A DNA stretch of 64,000 bases, taken from Nitrososphaerota archaeon. Lineage in GTDB: Archaea > Thermoproteota > Nitrososphaeria_A > Caldarchaeales > Calditenuaceae. The translations under genes and the position numbers were made by a program. The notes under the pieces were generated by a model. It was not told the origin of the DNA and ran no database searches. It saw only the letters and a list, made by a program, of their open reading frames with translations. This document shows, one piece after another, positions 55,448-64,000 of the stretch (the first letter of the stretch is position 1; each line of letters opens with the position of its first letter). The stretch spans positions 864,001 through 928,000 of the forward strand of contig JBEPYO010000001.1 of the NCBI GenBank assembly GCA_041641295.1, given 5' to 3'.

Positions 55448-56827
55448 TTGGCGGCAGGGCATTCTATCGTCAAGAACTTGGCTGAGCTGGAGGACCTATT
55501 CAGGGGTAGGGAGAAAGCTCTCGCTGACCTGCTCAGAGTGATAGAGTCTGCCCTAGCTGCAGTCGAGCCTAGGAGGCTGATCCGGCGAAAGGTGAGGGTG
55601 AGGGGAGATGAGCTGATTGTTGGTGGAGAGTCTCTACGCCTAGACGGGTTTAGGGAGGTGTGGGTGGTCTCTGTGGGTAAGGCTGCCCCACTTATGGCGC
55701 GGGGAATGCTTGACGTCTTGGACAGGCCTGTTGGAAAATGTATCGTGATAGCTCCGGCCGGGTCTGACACATCGATCATCGAGGACGATGCGGAGGTTCA
55801 CCTAGCCTCACATCCTATACCGGACGAGTCGGGGCTAAGGGCCACGGCCCGGCTCCTCGAAGAGCTGCGCAAAGCATCCCGCGACACGCTGATAATCCTC
55901 CTGCTCTCGGGAGGGTCGTCAGCCCTCCTCCCCGCACCCGCAGCCGGACTCACACTAGAGGATGAGGCCGAGGTCTCTAGGCGTCTCATGAATGCTGGGG
56001 CCACGATTGAGGAATTGAACATCGTGAGGAAGCACATATCGTCTATCAAGGGCGGGCAGCTTGCCAAGGCGATGATGCTCGCAAGGGTGCTTTGCCTCAT
56101 ACTCTCGGACGTCCCCGGCGACAGGCTTGACGTGGTGGGCTCGGGCCCAACCCTCCCAGACCCCTCGACCTTCAGGGACGCCTACAACGTCCTAGTCCGG
56201 AGAAATGTCTGGAAAGACGCGCCGCCGAGGGTTAGGGAGAGGATTGAGGCGGGGATGACGGGTGCTATTGATGAGACACCTAAGCCCGGAGACCCTGTCT
56301 TCCAGCGGGTCACCAACATCTTGATAGGCGGTGTGGGGGATGCCTGTGAGGCTGCTGCCCAGGCGGCTAGAGAGATGGGGTATGATGCCGTGATACTTTC
56401 GCGGAGTTTTGAGGGTGAGGCATCATCACTGGGTCTACTCTTAGGTTCTGTGGCGCTGGAGCTTGGGGGGAGGCCCGGAACCCTCTATGTTCTCGGAGGG
56501 GAGTCGACTGTGAGGGTTAGGGGAGGTGGCGTTGGTGGTAGGAACCAGGAGCTAGCGCTGGCCGCCCTCACCAAGCTGAGGAGAGATAGTAGATGCGTGT
56601 TGGCCTCGGTTGGGACTGACGGTGTGGACGGGCCCACAGACGCCGCAGGCGCGGTCGCCTGCTCCGAGCAAGTGGCGAGGGCGGAGAGCCTCGGACTAGA
56701 CCCCCGAGACTACCTAGGAAGGAACGACTCCTACACATTCTTCAAAAAAGTCGGAGGCCACATAGTCACAGGCCCCACGGGAACAAACGTAGGCGACATA
56801 GTGCTGGTTCTATCGCCCAAGGATTGA
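55448..56827 (+). CDS. Glycerate 2-kinase (MOFRL family)
   Basis: VGKAA, SHP.PD, SGGSS, KGGQLA, SDVPGD, GGRNQE, TDGVDG, TGTNVGD. Confidence 0.92.
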   Translation: MAAGHSIVKNLAELEDLFRGREKALADLLRVIESALAAVEPRRLIRRKVRVRGDELIVGGESLRLDGFREVWVVSVGKAAPLMARGMLDVLDRPVGKCIVIAPAGSDTSIIEDDAEVHLASHPIPDESGLRATARLLEELRKASRDTLIILLLSGGSSALLPAPAAGLTLEDEAEVSRRLMNAGATIEELNIVRKHISSIKGGQLAKAMMLARVLCLILSDVPGDRLDVVGSGPTLPDPSTFRDAYNVLVRRNVWKDAPPRVRERIEAGMTGAIDETPKPGDPVFQRVTNILIGGVGDACEAAAQAAREMGYDAVILSRSFEGEASSLGLLLGSVALELGGRPGTLYVLGGESTVRVRGGGVGGRNQELALAALTKLRRDSRCVLASVGTDGVDGPTDAAGAVACSEQVARAESLGLDPRDYLGRNDSYTFFKKVGGHIVTGPTGTNVGDIVLVLSPKD

Positions 56828-56862
56828 ACAAGTTTAATAGGCCCGGGAAAAATCAGCAGTCG

Positions 56863-57429
56863 ATGCATCACCATCATGCCCACGGACACGCGCCGGCAGG
56901 ATTGACAGGCTCCCTCATCGCGGATCATGAGACAATTCTCACAGCCCTTGAAAGGCTTGAGCTGAGGCTCGGCGATATGAAGAGAAGAGGGGTGGTTGAT
57001 GTTGAGACTGTTAACAAGTTTCTCGTCTTCGCCCGGTCCTTCATTGATAGGTGTCATCACGGGAAGGAGGAGAGGTGTCTCTTCCCCTGCCTCGAGAGGA
57101 GGGGGATTCCGCGAGAGGGTGGGCCGATAGGAGTCATGCTCTATGAGCACGAGCTGGGGCGTAAACTAGTGAGAGAGCTGGACGGGCTCTTGAAGTCTTA
57201 TAGCGAGGGGAAGACGGGTCCAGAAGCCGTTTTCAACAAATGCGAGGAGTATATCCAGCTCCTCAGGCAACACATAGCGAAGGAGAACAATGTTCTGTTT
57301 CCAGCCGGCGAATCTGTAGCGGAGAGTGAGGATGTCAGAGAGGTTACTGAGTGCTATGAGGCGATCGAGGGAAAAGAGGTTGGGCATGAGGTCCACGAGG
57401 AGCTGGAGAGGCTAGCCAAAGAACTCTAA
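56863..57429 (+). CDS. Hemerythrin/HHE domain protein with His-rich N-terminus
   Basis: MHHHHAHGH; DH, HHGKEE..LFP, EH, HIAKENNVLFP; start moved to ATG 56863. Confidence 0.88.
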   Translation: MHHHHAHGHAPAGLTGSLIADHETILTALERLELRLGDMKRRGVVDVETVNKFLVFARSFIDRCHHGKEERCLFPCLERRGIPREGGPIGVMLYEHELGRKLVRELDGLLKSYSEGKTGPEAVFNKCEEYIQLLRQHIAKENNVLFPAGESVAESEDVREVTECYEAIEGKEVGHEVHEELERLAKEL

Positions 57430-57624
57430 AAACCCTAGGGACTTTCACCAGACTTGGGTTAGGTGATACGCTGTTAAACCTCCATCCATCAACAGCAAGT
57501 CCTGATGAATGGTAGAGAAGTCTTTAAGAATCGGTCTGTAGGACACTGAAAGGCGTGGCATAGTGGGCCGTATTAAATTTATTTATGGATGCTGGTTGAA
57601 TAGAGGGAGTGCTGGTAGGCCTTC

Positions 57625-58257
57625 ATGGTGTCGCAGGCTCGAGTAGCTGGGTCTATTATTGCGGCCTTCGGTGGGGCTGTCCTCGCCCCACTGTTAGTGT
57701 ATCTTGGCATCAGCGTGCCCTTCCCGGCTACTGCTCTAGGGCTGGTGGTTGCGGCCCTTGTCCCGGCGATACTCTGCAGGTCGTTCACAACCGCCTCAAT
57801 AGCCTCTATAGCCGGTATCCTAGCGGGCCTGATAGTCTGGCTTACCCTCATTTATAACCCGGTTATTGACGCCCTCGTAGGCGCAGTTGCGGGAAGCCTG
57901 CTCGTAGACCCCACACTGGCCTACATCCTCCTCCTAGCCGCCATGGCCCCCCTCTCAGGTGTTTTGGGCCTCGCCCTCTCACCGCGCGGTGAGGTGATAA
58001 AGGCTACCTTGGAGCGGGGTCCCGAGGAGGCGGCCGCAGCAGAGACGCCAGCCGAGGCGGAAGGTGGTGAGAAGGTGGCGGGAGGCGAGGCCGAGACCGT
58101 GGTAACAACTCGCGAAGAAGCGCCTGCAGAAGCGGCTGAGGTTGAGGCCCCCGCTGCTGGCGAGGAGGTGGTTTATGTCAAGTGTATACACTGTGGCGAG
58201 CCTGTTCCAGAGGAGGCGGTCTACTGCCCCCACTGTGGCAAAAGGGTTAAGACGTGA
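57625..58257 (+). CDS. Membrane protein with acidic linker and C-terminal zinc ribbon
   Basis: ~4 TM, E/A-rich linker, CIHC...CPHC. Confidence 0.75.
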   Translation: MVSQARVAGSIIAAFGGAVLAPLLVYLGISVPFPATALGLVVAALVPAILCRSFTTASIASIAGILAGLIVWLTLIYNPVIDALVGAVAGSLLVDPTLAYILLLAAMAPLSGVLGLALSPRGEVIKATLERGPEEAAAAETPAEAEGGEKVAGGEAETVVTTREEAPAEAAEVEAPAAGEEVVYVKCIHCGEPVPEEAVYCPHCGKRVKT

Positions 58258-58265
58258 GCATCACG

Positions 58266-58499
58266 CTAAGAGGGTTTACGCCTCTGTTGGAGGAGCGCTA
58301 CACCCATCCAAGCTATGAAGACCACCATCCCCGAGACCGAGGCCAGGACTAGGAGCCTAACGTGCAGGGGCCTCCACACCTCACTCGGCGGCTCGAAAAA
58401 GATTAAGAGGTAGGCCACCGCCAGCGCTAGGGCCAGCCCTATCAGCGAGTATCCGACAATGCCCAGCATCCTTCCCTCCCCGGCCAACCCCTCTAACAC
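58266..58499 (-). CDS. Small two-TM membrane protein
   Basis: Two hydrophobic helices, basic tail; fills the intergenic gap. Confidence 0.55.
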   Translation of the reverse strand: MLEGLAGEGRMLGIVGYSLIGLALALAVAYLLIFFEPPSEVWRPLHVRLLVLASVSGMVVFIAWMGVALLQQRRKPS

Positions 58500-58556
58500 A
58501 ATCTCCCAAGCTAGGTATTACGAATAGGTTATGAGTCTGGACGTGGCGGATAGTGT

Positions 58557-61385
58557 GTGGAGGGCTTGTCTGAGGACGTGGAAGGGCTTCTCTGCCGCCC
58601 GGTGATTGAGGCGGTTAGGGAGAGGTTTGGGGGGCTGGCCGAGACGCAGAGGCGTGCTATCCCCCACATACTCAGGGGTGAGAATGTCTTAATAGTATCG
58701 CCGACCGGCACGGGGAAGACCGAGGCCGCCCTCCTACCAATACTCAGCACGATACTAACCGACCCCTCAGTCAAGCCCATCTCAACGCTCTACATTACGC
58801 CTCTGAGGGCCCTGAACAGGGATCTTCTCGACAGGCTTGAGTGGTGGTCGCGCCGCCTCGACATCTCCGTTTCGGTCAGGCATGGTGATACATCTCAGCG
58901 TGAGAGGAGAATTCAAGCACTCAGCCCTCCACAGATAATGATAGTCACTCCCGAGGCTCTCCAGTCTCTCCTGATAGGCCGCGTAATTAGAAGGAGCTTT
59001 GCGAACTTAAGATGGGTAGTGGTGGATGAGGTCCACGAACTCGCGACGGATAAGCGTGGGGCGCAGCTCGCAGTGGCGCTCCAGAGGCTGAGGAAGATTT
59101 CGGGCAGGCCGTTCCAGCTGATCGGCCTCTCGGCGACTGTGGGCGAGCCTGAGGAGGTTGCGCGCTTCCTTGTGGGGCCCAAGGGGAGGTTTGTGGTTGT
59201 GGAGACGAGGATGCCGAGGGCTCTCGAGGTGGATGTTGTATTCCCCGAGCCTAGCAGGGCTGACGTGGAGATGGGTGAGGCGATAGGTGTTGCACCAGAC
59301 GTCGCCGCCAGGATGAGGACCATAGTAGAGCTCATATCAAACCACTCCTCCACACTCATCTTCACCAACACGAGACCCCTCGCAGAGGCCCTCGCAAACA
59401 GGTTCAAGGCATGGGACGAGACACTCCCAGTCTCAATCCACCACGGCTCGCTCTCCAGAGACCACAGAGTAAGGGCTGAGAAAGACCTGAAGTATGGAGA
59501 GGTACAGGGGCTAATCTGCACCTCAAGCCTCGAGATGGGCATAGACGTGGGGAGGATCGACCTATGCATCCAGTATAACTCGCCGAGGGAGGTGACTAGG
59601 CTGATACAGAGGATTGGGCGCAGCGGCCATAGAATTGGGGGGACTGCCCGCGGCGTCGTCATAGTGATGGACTCGGATGATGCTCTCGAGGCGGTTGTCA
59701 TAGCCAGAAAGGCCAAGGAGGGGGAGCTTGAGCCAGTCAGAGTTGTGAAGAACAGCCTAGACGTCGCAATGCACCAGATAGCCGGCCTCCTCCTCGAATA
59801 CGGCCGCCTCTCAAGAGAAGAGATCGCATCACTCCTCAGAGAGACATACAACTTCGCAAGCCTCGAAGACTCAGACCTCGACATGCTGCTCAAATACATG
59901 GAGACGCTCGGAGTTGCCAGAATAATCGACGGGACAGTTACAAAACCCATCAAGGCTAGACGACTAATCGAATACTACTTCGACAACCTCTCAATGATCC
60001 CAGAGGAGAAGCAGTACCTAGTCGTGGAGGAGGCGAGCGGAGAGCCTGTGGGCATCTTGGACGAGGCGTTCGTCGCGGAGTATGGTGAGGTGGGAACACG
60101 CTTCATCCTCGCTGGGAGGGCATGGGTGATACTGAACCTCTCCGGAAATAGGATCTACGTTGCTAGGCTGAAGGAGGGTGAGGGCGCGGTGCCGTCCTGG
60201 GTGGGCGACGAGATTCCTGTTCCTCTCGAGGTTGCGATGGAGGTGGGCTCCATCAGGAGGAGGTACTTGGAGGCGAGGATGAGGGGTGTGGGGCCAAGTG
60301 AGGCGGCGGCCTCGCTAGCGTCGGCTTATGGTGTCTCGCAGCATTTCATAGAGAGGTCTCTCAGAGAGGTTGAGCAGCACATCGAGATGGGTATCCCAGT
60401 CCCCACCGACAAGCTCGCAGTGGTTGAGGAGACGGGCGAGTACGTCGTCCTCCACATAACGGGAGGTCTGAGAATCAACAGAACCCTAGCCCGCCTCCTC
60501 TCAGTATATTTGGCAGAGCGTATAGGGGCGCCGGTCTCAGCCCAGTCAGACCCCTACAGGGTGGTGCTCAAGTCCAAGAACCTAGACGCCTCAGACGTGG
60601 AGAAGGCCCTCACACAAATTTTGGACGAGGAGCTGCTCAGGAGGGCTGTAGAGTCCTCCGGCGTCTTCAGGAGAAGGCTAGTCCACGTGGCTAGGAAGAT
60701 GGGCGTCGTGGGTAAGGACGTCAGCCTCCTCGACGTGAGCGCCCAGATGCTTGTGGAGTCTCTTAGGGGGACACCGGCCTACTTGGAGGCCCTCAGATTC
60801 ACCATCTTCACAGACTATGACTGGGATGGTGTAAAGACGCTTCTGGGAAAGATAAGGAGCGGGGAGATAGGTGTGGTAGCCTGTATACTGGAAAAGCCAA
60901 GCCCCCTAGCCTCCCTAACGATCAACAAATACCAGTACGAATACGAGACCTACACCCCTGAGAGGATGCACAAACTCATCATAAACGCCGTCCGCGGAAG
61001 AATAAACAGAGAGCTAGTGGTCCTAGCCTGCCTAGACTGTAGGAAATACGTGGAGACGGTTGAGGTCGGTGAAATGGACAACAAACCCGTTTGCCCAAAT
61101 TGCGGCTCAAGCCGTATAGGATTTGTGAGCGTCGGAGGGCGCGAGGATGTGGAGAAGGCTATGCGGGGAAAGACAGCAGAGTCGCGGAGATTCTGGAGGG
61201 AAGCTGAGAAAACAGCACCACTGGTCGAGAAGTATGGGAAGGCCGCCGCCTTCGTACTCTCAGCCCGAGGAGTGGGTCTCAAGGAGGCGGAGCAGCTCCT
61301 CAGCGAGGAGCCTCGAATATCGCCCAAACTAATCGAGAAGCTAATAGAACTAGAGAAAAAAGCCCTCCTAAGAGAGTTTAGCTAG
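58557..61385 (+). CDS. lhr: Lhr-family SF2 helicase
   Basis: PTGTGKT, PLRAL..D, DEVH, SAT, HHGSL, QRIGRSGH, C-terminal CxxC...CxxC. Confidence 0.93.
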   Translation: MEGLSEDVEGLLCRPVIEAVRERFGGLAETQRRAIPHILRGENVLIVSPTGTGKTEAALLPILSTILTDPSVKPISTLYITPLRALNRDLLDRLEWWSRRLDISVSVRHGDTSQRERRIQALSPPQIMIVTPEALQSLLIGRVIRRSFANLRWVVVDEVHELATDKRGAQLAVALQRLRKISGRPFQLIGLSATVGEPEEVARFLVGPKGRFVVVETRMPRALEVDVVFPEPSRADVEMGEAIGVAPDVAARMRTIVELISNHSSTLIFTNTRPLAEALANRFKAWDETLPVSIHHGSLSRDHRVRAEKDLKYGEVQGLICTSSLEMGIDVGRIDLCIQYNSPREVTRLIQRIGRSGHRIGGTARGVVIVMDSDDALEAVVIARKAKEGELEPVRVVKNSLDVAMHQIAGLLLEYGRLSREEIASLLRETYNFASLEDSDLDMLLKYMETLGVARIIDGTVTKPIKARRLIEYYFDNLSMIPEEKQYLVVEEASGEPVGILDEAFVAEYGEVGTRFILAGRAWVILNLSGNRIYVARLKEGEGAVPSWVGDEIPVPLEVAMEVGSIRRRYLEARMRGVGPSEAAASLASAYGVSQHFIERSLREVEQHIEMGIPVPTDKLAVVEETGEYVVLHITGGLRINRTLARLLSVYLAERIGAPVSAQSDPYRVVLKSKNLDASDVEKALTQILDEELLRRAVESSGVFRRRLVHVARKMGVVGKDVSLLDVSAQMLVESLRGTPAYLEALRFTIFTDYDWDGVKTLLGKIRSGEIGVVACILEKPSPLASLTINKYQYEYETYTPERMHKLIINAVRGRINRELVVLACLDCRKYVETVEVGEMDNKPVCPNCGSSRIGFVSVGGREDVEKAMRGKTAESRRFWREAEKTAPLVEKYGKAAAFVLSARGVGLKEAEQLLSEEPRISPKLIEKLIELEKKALLREFS

Positions 61386-61986
61386 GCTTCGCCTCTTCAC
61401 CTGTGCCGGTCTCCTCGGACTCCTGTCCTACAGTCTCCCCTGTGCTGAGTGAGGCGAAGGCTTTGAGCAGCTCCTGTTTATCCACTTCGACGAGTGTCCT
61501 CCACCCAATAGACACCACACCCTCCTCTGTCCTGTTGAGATAACCTCTCCTAGCGAGCCTCTCTAGGGCGGCCTCCACCCGCCACTTCGGATACTTCGTC
61601 TCCAGCATCTCTACGACCTCCTTCTCTGAGGCGCTGCCATTCTTCGCGAGCAAGTATGCAAGGGTCGCTGAGAGTATTGCGAGCTCGTCTAGGCTGTAGC
61701 CGAGTGTCTGCACGTCTGAGAGGGTGAGTGGGTCTGAGAGGACGATGTAGAAGCGGGCCCTATCTAGGTCATCTGGCCCCGCCTCGGGGTCTGGGACAAT
61801 CTTAACCCGCAAGCCTATCTGCTTCAGCCTCGAGTCCAAGGAGTTTATTATCTTGGGGAAGTTTTTGCCGAGCCTCCTCCTCAGCTCCCAGCCCCGCACA
61901 CCCGGAAGCCTATGCCCCGATGCGAGAATCAGGGCTACCGCCTGCGCCATCTTCTTCTCCAGCTTACCCAGCTCCTCACCGCTCAC
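61378..61986 (-). CDS. scpB: Kite-family (ScpB/Nse1-3-like) tandem wHTH protein
   Basis: Two wHTH-like repeats; operon with kleisin-like and SMC-like genes. Confidence 0.6.
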   Translation of the reverse strand: MSGEELGKLEKKMAQAVALILASGHRLPGVRGWELRRRLGKNFPKIINSLDSRLKQIGLRVKIVPDPEAGPDDLDRARFYIVLSDPLTLSDVQTLGYSLDELAILSATLAYLLAKNGSASEKEVVEMLETKYPKWRVEAALERLARRGYLNRTEEGVVSIGWRTLVEVDKQELLKAFASLSTGETVGQESEETGTGEEAKPS

Positions 61987-61993
61987 TTCTCCA

Positions 61994-62719
61994 TCATCTG
62001 CCGATGGTTAGCGCTAGGGATGTAGTTCTAGGCTCGTCTGAAACCTTTTCCGCCACCTTTATCCATATCTCGCCGCTTAAAGTGTTAACCCTCACTTCAA
62101 CCTCGCCCCTCGAGATGAGGTAGCTCAGAAGATATGCCCTATTCTTCCTATCCCCCCTCATGTTGACGAAGTCCCAATACCTCACCCAGCCGCCGATCGA
62201 TGAGAGCTCGGCTAAAAGCTCCCCGAGCTCGCGGCTTATCTGGCTCTCAATAGCCTCGTAGGCGCTGGGACTCCCCACAGCGAGCTGTACAGCCTCTAGA
62301 CCGGCTGAGCCCCTGGTCGGCCTTGAGAGGAAGTGCTGATACCCCCTCAATAGCAGGTCTATCGAGATCTGCTCAAGCCTAACTATCGGCCTCCAAGCCT
62401 GGAGAAGGGCTGCAACGAGGGACTTGGGGTCCGCACCCACTATCTTGGAGTAGATCATGCCCGCGTCGATGAAGAGCGAGGAGGCCCTCTCCCTAATCCA
62501 CCTCTGCTGGAGCCCCAGCACCACCGAGACCCTGTAGAGCGTCTCAGCGTCGAGGCTAATCGTCTCAACATCCCTCTCCCTCTCAATTATCTCGCGGAGC
62601 CTCGAGAGGAGTGAGGAGACATCGACGCTGAAGGGGTCAAGCCTCCTCGACTCGATCTCGCCGAGGATAGAGATCATCCGGAGGAGTTCCTCCCTTGGGA
62701 TCCTGACTACCTTGCTCAT
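61994..62719 (-). CDS. scpA: Kleisin (ScpA-like)
   Basis: LDPFSVDV N-terminal motif; C-terminal wHTH YLLSYLI..GEV.....GEIWI. Confidence 0.7.
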   Translation of the reverse strand: MSKVVRIPREELLRMISILGEIESRRLDPFSVDVSSLLSRLREIIERERDVETISLDAETLYRVSVVLGLQQRWIRERASSLFIDAGMIYSKIVGADPKSLVAALLQAWRPIVRLEQISIDLLLRGYQHFLSRPTRGSAGLEAVQLAVGSPSAYEAIESQISRELGELLAELSSIGGWVRYWDFVNMRGDRKNRAYLLSYLISRGEVEVRVNTLSGEIWIKVAEKVSDEPRTTSLALTIGR

Positions 62720-64000
62720 CCAACCTCCACCGAGCTGGTAACGAAGGAGGACCCGGCCACGTTCTGGACGATTATGAGGTTGAAGCCGTCTGTGATTGGT
62801 AGCCTCCCGGGTGTGATGAATAGGAACTGGGTTGAGGGGTAGGAGCGGGCGATCTCGACAAGCATTTTGGTAACCATCTCCCTGTTCAGGGGGTCTAGGT
62901 GTACGTCGAACTCGTCTACGGCTCTTATGGGAGACTTGACGTAGCTCTGGAGGGCTAGGAGGAATGCGATGGTTGCCACAACCCTCTCGCCACCGCTGTG
63001 CGTGTGTGCGTCAACTATCATCGGCTCCATCCCCCTGAACCCGGCCATCAGCTCCAAGCTAGCAGTGACAGGGTCGTCGAGGCCCCTGATCCTGATATAC
63101 CCTCTCCCGCCTACCGCCTCCAAGAGCCTCTGATAAACCGGGTTAATATCATCGATAATCTCCTTAAGCTTGTCCCTCCAGATCTGCCTCCTCTTCTCAA
63201 CTTCTTCAATCGCCTTCTTCACGTTCTCCTCAACTTGTCTAGCCTTCAGCTCAACCTCCCTGAACCTTGAGTCTGCTAGGAAATACATGGTCTCTGCGTC
63301 GGGGATTACTTTGCCGAGGGAGGCAATCTCGAGGGTGGTTAGCTTCAGGTCCTCAAGCACCGCTGAGGGCTCCCTCTCGGTCGCGACCTCCTCTCCCTTC
63401 TCGGAGGCTGCCGCCCTCCTCTCCTCAAACTCCCTCAAGAGGCTGTTGATCTCCGACTGGGTCTCAGAGACCTCCCTCTCTAGGCTCGAGACCCTATACC
63501 GCCTCACACCCTCCTCAACAGCGGCCTTCACCAAGAGGTCGACGGCTTCCAAGACCTCTTCTGGACGCCCGGAGGCGTAAAGGCTCTCCCGAATCCTCTC
63601 CCTTAAGGAGGCCGCCTCGGCACCGTAGGCTGCAGCCTCCTCCTCAAGCCTCGCCTTCTCCTTCAACATCCTCTCAAGGACCAGCCGCCTCCTCTCGAGG
63701 CTCCTCCCAACCTGGTGGACTAGGCTCCACGCATACTCTAGCTCTAGGCTCTTCCTCCTCTCCTCGAGCTCCTTTAGGTGTTGGAGCTTCTGGAGCTCCT
63801 TCCGCCAGTACTCTACGGCCTCTTCTGCCTCTGAGAGGAGACGCTTGACGGACGCTTCCTCTGATCTGAGGCTGTTTAGCCTGCTCTCGGCCTCGAGCAG
63901 TCTCTCCCTGAGATGTGAAAGTCCTACTGCGTCCTCCATCGCCCTGAGCTTCTCGACGTTATCCCTGGAGGCGAAGTTCTCTATCATGTTCTGGTGCATT
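62716..64000 (-). CDS. SMC-like ATPase (coalescin/Smc5-6-like), N-terminus outside window
   Basis: Q-loop HQN, coiled coil, signature SGGER, Walker B/D-loop AVDEFDVHLD..NR, QFLFITP. Confidence 0.85.
   Translation of the reverse strand, partial: MHQNMIENFASRDNVEKLRAMEDAVGLSHLRERLLEAESRLNSLRSEEASVKRLLSEAEEAVEYWRKELQKLQHLKELEERRKSLELEYAWSLVHQVGRSLERRRLVLERMLKEKARLEEEAAAYGAEAASLRERIRESLYASGRPEEVLEAVDLLVKAAVEEGVRRYRVSSLEREVSETQSEINSLLREFEERRAAASEKGEEVATEREPSAVLEDLKLTTLEIASLGKVIPDAETMYFLADSRFREVELKARQVEENVKKAIEEVEKRRQIWRDKLKEIIDDINPVYQRLLEAVGGRGYIRIRGLDDPVTASLELMAGFRGMEPMIVDAHTHSGGERVVATIAFLLALQSYVKSPIRAVDEFDVHLDPLNREMVTKMLVEIARSYPSTQFLFITPGRLPITDGFNLIIVQNVAGSSFVTSSVEVG

Noticed and set aside
1-64000. 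CRISPR array, rRNA genes, transposases; the many antisense and nested ORFs in the track
   Set aside because: No repeat-spacer array, rRNA-like sequence or transposase/integrase motif was seen. Nested ORFs overlap well-supported genes and are expected in GC-rich DNA.

Overview
Chromosomal window from a GC-rich archaeon of the TACK group. Aigarchaeota/Caldarchaeales-like is an inference from cdc6 next to PolD DP1, TFE, Trm56, a TackOD1-like protein and an archaeal SMC-like/kleisin/kite trio. From left to right it holds: a cluster of small DNA-binding genes with ParB- and ParA-family genes; an archaellum (arl/fla) operon without archaellin whose ArlI carries an intein; housekeeping and metabolic genes; a ~2.1 kb accessory segment between an orphan tRNA 3' half and tRNA-Pro; a probable oriC with ORB boxes upstream of cdc6-dp1; four tRNA genes (two with introns); and lhr plus kite-kleisin-SMC-like genes at the right edge. 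Four things stand out. (1) About 770 nt of + strand non-coding sequence with extensive G-U-containing, partly covarying helices runs straight into a free-standing 2xHTH-LAGLIDADG gene, a candidate RNA-associated endonuclease element. (2) An RHH-parA cassette carries two phased 9-bp repeat arrays resembling a centromere or operator. (3) The ArlI intein ends in Gln-Asp rather than His-Asn. (4) There is also a catalytically dead ABC ATPase, a membrane-tethered AbrB-domain protein and a hingeless Smc5/6-like protein. All calls come from motif reading by eye; no searches or folding programs were run.
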